This document shows, piece by piece, positions 12,150-22,800 of a stretch of 64,000 nt of DNA (the stretch's first letter is position 1; the number at the start of each line of letters is the position of its first letter). Where the stretch lies: NCBI GenBank assembly GCA_958009085.1, contig OY253688.1:558001-622000 (forward strand), given 5' to 3'. A program made the position numbers and the translations under genes. The notes below the pieces were generated by a model, which did not search any database, was not told the DNA's origin, and worked only from the letters and a program-made list of their open reading frames with translations. This DNA comes from Protoeuglena noctilucae (Eukaryota).

Positions 12150-14530
12150 ATGGCCAACACGGAGGTTCAGGGGCGAGTGGACGAGTTTCTGAAGCTTCTG
12201 GAGACGAAAAATGTCTCAAGGAAGGAGGATGAGGAGGCCGCTTCCCTCGCCGCCCTGCGGCTGGCGTACTGCTGCTCTGGAATGACTTCGGACGAGTTCC
12301 TGGCCGCCTTTGCGAAGGGTGGCCTCAACCGCGACGCAAACAGAGCCAAGGAAGTGGTCAAGTCGGTCAAAGGTTGGGAACCGTTGCAGCGGAAGCAACG
12401 GGGGCCGTTCGTCAACGGTGTACTTGCCAAGGAATTTGAGGTGCAATGCAGCGCCTCGCTCGGCTTTGCAAACGTACTCATTTTACTGCAATGACGTTCC
12501 AAACGCTTCAAGCTACGCAGGTGCGGCAAGGTTTCACAGATGCCGAAAAAAAAAAAACATCAAGGCCGTCAAGTTCCGGGCGTACGCGTATCTCTACTGC
12601 AGGAACCTGGATCTGGACTGCTTCCCTGAAGACGAGGTGTACGTACTGTTTGGTGTCCAGGAAATGCATGACATGTCGGGCAAGGTCGTCCTGCGTCACC
12701 TGCTGGACGAGGCTGGGGAGTTCGGGAAAGTGGCGCAGAATCTGGGCGAAACGGCTTTCAATAACGATGGGGAGGTCACCAGCAAGCTGAGACTCGACCC
12801 GCGCAAACTGGGAAAGGAGCTGGGTGCCATCCACCCTCAAAATCCGACCTCGGGCGGCAGGCGAGGCAACAGCCCTCGGCCACGTGCTGAGTGAGCATAC
12901 AAGTATGCTGGGTGGCCGAAATGCCCATCTGTTTGTCTGCTCACAGGGTGGGCGAGCCAGAAGGGCCCACAGACCATGCCGGCGACCGTGCTACGGAGTC
13001 GCAGATTTGCGTCGACGAGACTAGACACGGAGCGCAGAACAAGGCAGCGACCGCGGAGGGAGAGGGCTCAGCAGTCGAGAAGTGAGTGGCACGCCGCATA
13101 GTCTGTTTTTATACTTTGTGCGAAAGCAAATGTCAATATGTTGCTCATATTATCACCTTTGACCAAAGCCCTGGAAGCTAATGTGGAGTACATGGCGTAC
13201 TTTACTTCTCGCACACAGGACGTGCAATGCGCCGCAGCAGAAGGAGTCCCGTGCATGGAAGCTTTTCATCGATGTCCATCAAAGGGGCATGAATGACGGG
13301 TAAGACGAACGAGGGCATTGATGGCAAATGTCTTATGTTACTAATTTTGCCTTGTCAAGTTGCTGTATTTTACCTATGCCTATTCTAACCCGATCACTGG
13401 TTATGTCGCTGACTGTATTGTTTCCTTACTCGTTCTCAGGACCTGTGATGCCAGTGTCACGTTCCCAGGCGAGCAAGACGCCCTTATCCTGCACATCGAG
13501 TGCAAGACTGTGACCGTGGCTGAGCGCGCCACGACGCCACCCAAGCTTCAGAACAAGAAAGAAGGCGTGGACCTTTTGGGACAGTACTTCACGACGATCT
13601 ACTTCTGTGTGTGTGCGGAGAAAGAGAAGTGAGTTGAGAGGTGACAACATAGTATGCAAAGATTAACTTCAATTATATTTCGAATAAAATTCATTTTTTT
13701 TACCCCTGGTCTGCAGCCTTGTGAGGCTGAGGGAGTTCAAGTCGCTCGCATCTACAATCTTCCTGGCAGAGGCGTCGTTGCTAAGTGAGCAAAAAAACCT
13801 CATAGCTAACGAAAGCGTCATTAAGAGGAAGGCACAAAGGGGCGCATACTGCAGGATATGGTTTGCAGAGAAAGATGGACCTCAGACAAGTCACACGTCG
13901 CTCACTTCAAGTATGGCGACAGAGCTAACACCAAGAGCATACTCCTCAACATTCAAGCGAGGTGACGGCTCCAGGGACGATTTTTCAGAGGGCATCCTGT
14001 TCGTCATCAATGGCGTCAAAGACCTGCATGGGCATAAAAAGTCCAAGGAATGCATCAATGATTTTCACGAGTGGGTTAAGGCAAGGAGGGAGCTGGGCGA
14101 ATACGTGGCAGCTGCTAGAGACTATACAGAAAAAACCGGCGATACTCTGGGTATGCGCAAGACATGGGTCAGGGTCGTGGTCAAAGGCATTCTCAAGCTC
14201 AAGGGGAACAGCATGGACGGCCTCGAGGGGGACAGCATGGACGGCCTCGAGGGGAACAGCATGGACGGCCTCGAGGGGAACAGCATGGACGAAGAGCTCA
14301 AACGCGAAATACGTTTTTGCAGATACATGCTTCATTTGGTGGGCAACAATGTGTTCAGGGAAGTGGCAGTTGCTGTGGCTGAGGAGGCAGCGAAAACGGC
14401 CGATTTCCAAACAACGGATGGCGTGGGGAATTTGGGGGATGTGAAGGCGGCCCTTGCAGAGCCACTGAAAAAGTTCCTTGCCCTCAAGATGATGGAAGCC
14501 GAGACCCAGGCGCAGGTGCGGAATTATTAA
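12150..14530 (+). CDS. Orphan multi-exon protein with a possible PD-(D/E)xK nuclease motif; frameshift at the A12 run
   Basis: Phase-consistent exons approx. 12150-12440, 12521-12860, 12947-13081, 13219-13299, 13440-13628, 13717-14530. One frameshift at 12546-12557 is needed. TGTAA motifs lie just downstream (about 14563 and 14600). Lower GC than neighbouring genes. Confidence 0.55.
14203..14291 (+). repeat. Coding tandem repeat, 24-nt unit GGGAACAGCATGGACGGCCTCGAG, about 3.6 copies (GNSMDGLE)
   Basis: Directly visible near-perfect tandem copies. Confidence 0.9.
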
Positions 14531-15666
14531 GTTTTTTGTGCTTTTGAGTAATTTATTTCATTATGTAACGCTTGCTAAATAACTTAGTTCCGAACTCTCT
14601 GTAATAATATCTTCTGCTTGCAGGAGTAACATGTGCATGTGCCGGGTACGATGTGGGCCAGCCAATCCAGCAACCCGTGGCAGGGCTCCACTAGCTTACA
14701 TCAAGGCTGTTCTAGAGCCCAATAACCACCCACCGAGTGCCCACGATGCTTCTTTATAAAGATTGTAGTCAAGCCCTCCCCACGCTTATCGTCTGGTAGT
14801 GGCAGTGATACGGGCTGTTGTTACAGCAGACATATACATGATGTTCTCTTGGCTTTACATATAGAACCATGTTGTGCTTTTGCGTTGGTGTAGTCGGATA
14901 TATGGAATAAACCGGGCTACATGGACACCTTTTCATAACCCCAGTTTCGTTTCTCAGCCCATCATAGTATCACGGTGCACATGTTCGCTGCAACTAGAAC
15001 GCGCCTCGCTCTCACCGTCTTCGCGGGTGACCTGCTCAGCAGCATCTGGTGTACTGGCCTAGCTTGCAAATCGTAGTACAAGCTGCCTTTCAAGCGCGAC
15101 CCGACAGCAGCAGACGCCCTGGCCTCTCCCAGCATTGGCGTGCACCGATCCAAGGAAAGCCACCCACACGCGCAAGACAACCACAGCTGCAACCACATCG
15201 ACATGCAACAACGCGCGGCAAGCGACGTTCATGTCGCCGCTCATCGGCCTCCGCCGATTGGAGCGTCAGTTGCCTGTGAGGGGCCGAGGCCTGGTGGGCA
15301 CATGGGTGCATGGATGTGATCTCGCACTCGCACACAGCTGCTGCGCTGCACTTGACATCACGCCGCCCATGACAACACGATGCGCGGATCACGGGTCACG
15401 AGGTTAGGTGGTGCTTCACATGACGGTGCATCGGCAGGCGCCACCCTTCTGCTTCGCTTTGCCGGTGTCCCTGCTGTTGCTGCTCTTGACCTCGGGCGCT
15501 GCGACAGCGGCCCCAGTAGCGTAGAGCGCCACGTCAACATAACATGCATGCCACGCTTACCACATCCCTCACCCACGCAGCGCAGCACCCACTCACACCA
15601 CAGCTCAGCACACGTATACGCCAGCATCATCCACACCCACACAGCACCCCATCATCACAGCTCAGC

Positions 15667-16528
15667 TCAGCGCCCCTCACCCTTCTTCTCCTTGCCCACC
15701 ACGCCGCGCTCCTTGCCCTCCCCGTTGTTGGGGTTCTTGCACCAGATCCAGGCGTTGAGGACCCCGGCGAACGACACCCACGCCAGGTACGGCAGCAGCA
15801 GCTGGCCGGCCAGGGGCCTGCGGGTGCAGAGAAGCACAGGCAGACAGGTAGGCAGGTGCAACATCTACAGAGATAACACGCAGGCACAGACGAGCGCAGC
15901 GACTCGCAGGTCACTGCCAGGCATGCCCAGCGCCACGGCACTGCCCCAGCACTGCCTCATCACATCTCATCACACCTGACGCGCCAGAAGGTGGCGACGC
16001 ATCCGATGCACGTGCCCCAGATGCCCCCGAGCACGCCCAGCGCCGCGCCGAGCTGGTGGTGCTTGAAGAACAGGGGCGACCAGGCGAGGTTGAGGGCCAC
16101 GTTGACCGCGTAGATGCCCAGCGGGACCTGCTGCTTCGCCAAACCGCCCTCGCGGAAGACGAGCCACGAGGCGACGCCCATCGTGACGTACAGGAACGTC
16201 CAGACGGGCGCGAACAGCCAATTGGGCGGGTTCCAGCTCGGCTTCTTAAGCTTCTGGTACCAGGGGCCCCGCACGGCGTCCGCCGTGGACTGCGCGCCCA
16301 GGAATCCTGCGATCGCGAGGGAGCAACGTCGTATCGATGACGTCACCCTGGATCCTGCGATTCCAAGAGAGCATGTCTGCGATTCCAAGAGAGCATGTCA
16401 CATCGATCATGTCCCCGCGCGCTACGCGAAGCCCGGCGCGCGCGGCGCGGAGGGCAGCCCCGACCTGCGCCCAGCGGCACGGCGATGAAGCCCGCGGCCG
16501 CGGCGATCTCCCCGGGCTGGAAGCCCAT
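15667..16528 (-). CDS. TSPO: TspO/MBR translocator protein (3 exons)
   Basis: WYQKLKKPSWNPPNWLFAPVWTFLY, LNLAWSPLFF and LLLPYLAWVSFAGVLN are TspO signatures. Confidence 0.95.
16355..16398. repeat. Perfect 22-nt tandem duplication in the first TSPO intron
   Basis: CTGCGATTCCAAGAGAGCATGT x2. Confidence 0.9.
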
Positions 16529-16860
16529 CACGAGTTTGCCTGTGGACGAGACGAGACGGTCCAGGCATCGATGGGGGCCTCCGGGGCCGCGGCGGGGCCG
16601 CGTTTTGCTTGGCTGTCTCTCTTCTCCTCGCCTGACATCGCTCCCACGGTCGCGTTACGGCCTGGTAGGCTACCGGATGAAGCAATCTCGCTGGTCTCGA
16701 GGAATGATGCGCGGATGCCGCGGTCGCCGAGGACCTGGAGTCGAAGGAAACCCCGAGTGTCTGGCGCCGCGCAGCAGGCCTGATGCCGAGCCAGGCCGGC
16801 GCAGCCGGGGCATTTTACGGCCTGCAGACGATCGGTCCGCGTCACCACCGCGCGTCGAGC

Positions 16861-17249
16861 ATGCCTGAGTGGGTCCCATCGGTCAAGACGGTCATCGCGT
16901 GGGGCACGAGGACGGTGACGGTTCTCAAGTGGGTGGCCCTGGCCTTCTTCCTCACGGGCGTCGTGATCCACGTATGGGAGCCCGTTTCTGGTGAGGGAGC
17001 GGTGCCCTTGTCGCGTCGCGAGCTCGAATGCTGTTCCGATTCGATGCGGCAACATCTCAGCGACCCCCGCACGCAGTGGGATGGCGGCGCGGGTACCTGC
17101 GGCGCATGGGTGACCCTCGCTGGGTGGATGTGAAAATGGGCAGCGCGGCCAGGACCGCGGACGAGAGGGCAGAGCGCGCGGATCCGGGCGGGTCGAGCAG
17201 CGCGGACGCGCCGGCGAAGGACGAGGGGCGCAAGGACAAGCGGGTGTGA
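16861..17249 (+). CDS. Small (about 100 aa) single-pass membrane protein of unknown function (exons 16861-16990, 17077-17249)
   Basis: A GT-AG intron joins the hydrophobic segment VLKWVALAFFLTGVVIHVW to GWRRGYLRRMGDPRW...KDKRV* in frame. Confidence 0.55.
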
Positions 17250-17251
17250 AG

Positions 17252-19319
17252 ATGGCATCGACACCTCATCACAAGCGGCGCAGGGAGGGCGCGGCGGGCT
17301 TGGAGAGCGTGGGCACGGTTCCAAGCGCAGTTCCCTCGCTTCTCCCGCCCACGGGCGCGCCGACCGCCTCGCAGACGGCGTTCCTCCGCAGTCAGCGCAC
17401 CGTCAAGGACTTTGTCAGGTGCGCGCGACCCCGCATTCGCTCTCAGACCCGCGAACAGCACAGCGAGGGGCGCCCGACCCGTATGATGCAGTGCGCTCTT
17501 CAATCCCCGCAGGACCTACTTCCCGCTGTACGGCCTGACTCCGGACGACTTTTTGGAGGTTTGGGCGGTCCTGGCGTGGGTGGAGACGACCATTTACCAA
17601 ATTGGTGGGGGGCGTGGGCTTTGCAGTGCATCGGCTCAGTATCCAGCGCAGCTGCGCGCGATCAGTCTCTTTTTGCGCTTTGCCTTTCGCAGACGAGGAG
17701 AACGAAGCGCATACGAAGCTCCTCCGCGACTCCTCCGGCGCGCATGCGACGCAAGCGCGCGAGTCCGAGGCTGTGACCCAGCTCAAGGCAGCCCTGATGG
17801 ACGGACTGCGGGCCATCGATCCCGCCGACCACCGCATTAGGCGCGTAGAGTCGTCGCGGGAGCCGGGAGCAGCGTTGGCGCTGGCCCGGACCGTGCCGGC
17901 GCGGATCGGTGCAGGGAGCTGCGACGGCAACGGTGGCGGTGGCGATGCAGCCCCTGCGAGCGGGAGCCCCGGCCCTCTCCCGGAGGGTGAAAGCAGCCTG
18001 CTGACGCGAGCGGTCCTGGAAGAGCTGACGTCGGGGTTCGAGTACTGGGACCTCGAACGGCGCATCTGCGGGGCGCTGGGTCGCGAAAGCGGGGCTGGGG
18101 ACGCCGGCTTCACTCTGGCGGACGTGCACGCTGCCAGTGAGCGCAAGAGCTTCGATTATCGAGGTGAAAACACGGGACTGGATTCGAATTGAGGGTGTTT
18201 TACTGCTGTTGATTGCCAAGGTGACGACATTGGTACATTTAGTTACTACAAATGGGATTTGCCATGTTGTTTTTGAAGAGCAGGGTTAGGGTTAGTGATA
18301 AGATTGCTGGGATATCTGCACCTTCCCGGCCGAAGCACCAGTGTTAGGCTTCGCTGGTTTTGCAGCGTCCGTGTCAACCTAGCACTGTTGGCATGGCAGC
18401 TCCAGCATCTGCGAAATTTAACACTGGTGCTTCAACCGGGAAGGTGCGGATGTAACAGCACCCCGCTGCGGCCCCGCAGCGCGGAATTATTACCCACGAC
18501 CGCTGGCGCAGGGTTATAGATATGCTTAACAGTTATGAATACTCAGGTTGCAACAGTTTGCAGCACGGTGTCTTATAGTCGTATATAGTCATTCTTGCGT
18601 CAGGTATGCCCTTTCCTAATTTAAATGCATCCGCAGTGCTCCATCATGTGTTGCTGGCGTTGATGGGCGAGGACGCCGACCCGACACTGCTGGCGTTCCT
18701 CCGAGTGGACGAGATGCTGGTGAGTTATCGAGGATAATTGGTTTATATCTGATGATGGAACTGTTGTTCTGTGAATGATGCTGGTGAGGTTTGGGTTGTC
18801 ATCGAAACCATGTATATTATCAAAAACCCAATGTGTGTCATTTTTTATAATACAAGTATATAATATGTATATACGCCAATTTCCATCAACCACCCTTTTC
18901 TTCACCTCAGGTCGATCTGGGCGACGATTTGGTGGACTACGAGGACGACGTCGAGCGCAACAGCTTCAACGTGCTGCGGTGCTACGTGCGACTGTTCCGC
19001 GAAGACGCAGCCGGGCGCATCGTGGATCGCATTTCTAAATTGGAGGCGGAGCATGCGAGGTTGCTGGCGGCCCTTCGGCCGGAGTGGAGAGACGCGCACG
19101 TGGCGAGGAGGGATGCGGCAGCTGAGGTGATGCAAAGGGGGTAGCTATGAGGAAGTGGCTATGCACTGTTTTATCATATTATAACAAAATGGTTATGTAC
19201 ATTGCTCATTACTCTCGTTTCCACCCCCCCAGGACCCCTCGGCTCTCCGCTGGCACATCCCGCGGCTGGTGATGGACGAGGGGGCGTTCCTGGCATCGCT
19301 GGGGGAGGTGCCAGAATAG
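17252..19319 (+). CDS. Conserved uncharacterised protein with an Asp-rich DDxxD-type motif (isoprenoid-synthase-like fold suspected)
   Basis: Spliced exons give YFPLYGL...EYWDLERRIC...KSFDYR|VLHHVLLAL...VDEML|VDLGDDLVDYEDDVERNSFNVLR. This resembles an uncharacterised plant family that I recall but have not verified. Confidence 0.7.
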
Positions 19320-19844
19320 TATAATATGAATCGGTAATGAATAGCAGCTTTTTATTCATATTTCGTGCTTTTTTTAGAATATGTTTAAGCTGTGAGGGTG
19401 AGGACCCTATGCTATGTAGAAGGCCCGCATATCAGAGGCCACAGAGGGAACCGAAATGGAATTTCACGAACGCAAAATGAAATGGAATATATACACCATT
19501 ATTCCATTTGTGAGAAAGGGACTGCTCAGGACCGCTCAACTGTCAGAGCCCGCGTGTCGGCCGCTGCCCATGCACAGCTGTGTGCACTGGGCGATACTCT
19601 ATGCTGACTGGCACACTGCATGCCAGATATGCCGCCGCTGTGCTACGCGAACAGGGAAAACGACGCGACAATGCTGCGATGCAGGATATCAATGACGCCC
19701 CATGCGTGATAGACAAATAGACTCCATGGTTCGTCTGTGTGACTGCCATGTACCACCCACTGCCAACGCACCACCACCACCACTGCCCAATCCGACCACC
19801 GCACTCCACGCTTCCACCACCCCACAACCACCACAACCACCCCC

Positions 19845-22800
19845 TCACTCCTCCAGCCCACCCCCCCCAACCCCACCCTTCCCACCCCCAACCCTCCTCG
19901 TCTGGGCCAGGAACAGCCTCGTGACGTCCTCCGCAGTGCTGGCGTCCTCTGGGCTCTTGTCCGGCCTCAATCGCAGGAAGCGGGGGAAGCGAAGAGCGAT
20001 GCCTCGATCGGACACGCAGCCGACGGCGGCGCTGGGGGTGAGGGGTGGGGAGAGATGGGTGAGAGGGGAGAGGTGGGTTGAGATGGGGTGAGTGGTGGGG
20101 TGGGTGGTGGGGTGAGTGGTGCGGTGGGTAGGGAGAGATGGGTTGGAGAGAGGTTGGTAGGGGTGGGCAGGGGTGAGAGGTGGGGTGGAATGGAGCTCTG
20201 CAGCCTGCATCACAACCCCTCATGTCCCTTACCGGTGGGTGGGGCTCAAAGACAGGTCCGCCCCGGTGATCTCCCACACTTCGCAGGGATCGAACCAGAA
20301 ACTGCAAGACTCCCCCGTGTCGTAATACGAGGGCTTGGCGGGGAGGCGCTTGGCGAGGAGGCGGTCGGTGACTTGGGCGTAGAAGGCATCGGAGAAGCCC
20401 GACATGCAGCTGCGAGCAAGAGGATAGTATAGTACATTATACATGGGGGGTTGAAGAACATGTCATCTTACTCTGTTTTCTATTATTGTCATTGCAATTC
20501 TTATTCTTTTTCCAGTCCATAAATCCAACATTATCATTTTACACAAAGGTTTTGTCAGTTGTTATATGTTATCATTATAAATACCATGCATCATACCTCA
20601 CGCACTCACCGGCACAGCGACTGGTACTCCTGCCGGTCCGGCTCCCACACGGCCAGCAGGATGGGCGACAGCCACTTGTGCTTGCGGCCCGTCCCGTGCC
20701 ACGCCCCGATGGGAACCACGTCCAAGGTGTCCCGCATATCCGCCAAATAGTCCCTTTTCATCTTCAGCCAGAGGTCCGACCTGGGGGGGGGGGGATAAAC
20801 AGCGATCTAAATTTATCAGTGCTTACAATTATTGAGTTAAGTATAAACAACAATAACGTAAGGCACGCAACCTGAGTCAATACCGATACGCGTGCATTAC
20901 TCAACCCACACGCACACACACACCTCTATACCACTTCCAAACACCCCCCCAATCCACTCACCTCTTGTTTGGCTGATACACCCCCGTTATTGCTTTGATC
21001 ACCAGCCCCTCCGTCCCCGCCTTCCACGCCTCCTCCATACACTCCATGATTGCACCCTCCCCCAGACACCCCTCCTGCACCTCTTCAGCAATGTCCACCA
21101 CCTCCCCACCACCACCACCACCCGCACCCGCACCCGCACCCTCGCCCCTCCCACCCCCATCGTCGCTCCCACTCTCTCCATCGCTCTCCACTCCCACATC
21201 CTCTGCATCACCCTCGCCCTCATTCACTCCCACTACACCCTCATTGCCACCCTCACTGCTACCCGCACCACCACCAGCATCCACACCCGCACCCGCACCA
21301 CCACCCCCACCCGCAATCTCACTGCTGCCCACACCACCACCCGCACCCACCAAGTCCCTCACATCCGTCACCCTCCCGTCTTCATACACCGCCCTCCCAT
21401 CGGCAATCTCCACCACCCCCACCGATTCCTTCACCATTCCGTATGCCAATCGCCGTCTCTCCAACCACGGACGCTCCAACACCACCGCCCCCTTCGCCAC
21501 CAACACATCAAACACCATCAAACACACCGCGCTGTGACTGCTACTGTAAGCATTAGCATTAGATGCTGCGATACTGGTGGTGTTGATCGTGTTAATGTTG
21601 GCACCTTGCATGGCCTCATCAGCACCCCCCTTCCCAATCGCATCGCCACCACCCAAATCCCCACCGTCCCCATTGCCACCCTCACCACCACCCTCTCCAT
21701 CCCCACCCCTCTCACCCCTCCCACTCGCCACCCTACCCACACCCTCTCCATCCCACTCCTCATCCCCCCTCTTGCCCCCCATCTCCCCTGCTTTGCCCCT
21801 CGGCCTTGTCGCCAGCTCCTGGAAGGCACGAAGGCGGTAGGGGCGGGAGGGGCCGGGGGTAGAGAAGTCTGCGAGAATAGGTGGTCATCATAGAACATAT
21901 TATTTAATCCATAAATCTCAAAAGAGAGTTTCGATCTACCCATCCAACACTACCGAATGCTTCTGTAGTTACCGTCAATCGTCATCATACATCATATATT
22001 AAATGCAATACACATGCATTATATCCATATCCCACTCACCCACCGCCACGATCTCCCCGTCCAGCACGCATGGCCGGTGCTCCGCCCCCACCGCCCTCCG
22101 CACCGCATCGGCGACGTCAGGAAACGCGCCAGAAAAGTCGTCGCAGTTCTTGGAGAAGAGCCACACGGCGCCGTCCGCGGCCAGGTGCACCTGCATGATA
22201 GATGCGAGGGGGAAGATTGTGATATGTAATATAGTTGCACTATTGTAATGACAGGTATACTATAAACGATATATTGCACATATTGCCGACTCAATGCAAT
22301 CCATATACACTATAATAATAACATATTTAACTATAACCACATATCATCATACATATCACCACACATCGACAACCCCCCAAAACACACACCTGGCACCTCT
22401 GCCCATCGTACTTCCACTCCCCCACCATAGGCCACCCGACCTTGGCCGCCACCATCCCCGGCCCCGTGCTTGGCTTGGCAAGCATCGGCCGCACAGGTGT
22501 CCCTACTCTCACGCCCACCCTCTTCGCGATATCCAGCACATGTGACAACTCCACATCACGCGCCATCAGCTCCGGCAACAGCACGTCCAGCGACGGGCAC
22601 AGGTCAAAGCACGTTTGCGCGGCCGCAGAGGCTTTGGACAGCACGTCCGCAGGGCACGTTTTCTGAACCTCGGCATAGCGGTGTGAAGCGGCGGCCCTGC
22701 CGAGGGCGGCGATGACGGTGCGGCTGCCGGCGCCCACGCGCAAGTTGCCGATCAGGGTGCGGACGAGGTATCGCATCTCACTCTCGCGGCAGCGCCTGCG

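Noticed and set aside
14203..14291. 24-nt repeats as a possible CRISPR array
   Set aside because: No spacers, in-frame coding tandem repeat, eukaryotic context and no cas genes.
18282..18295. AGGGTTAGGGTTAG telomere-like motif
   Set aside because: Only about two units inside an intron; too short to distinguish from chance.
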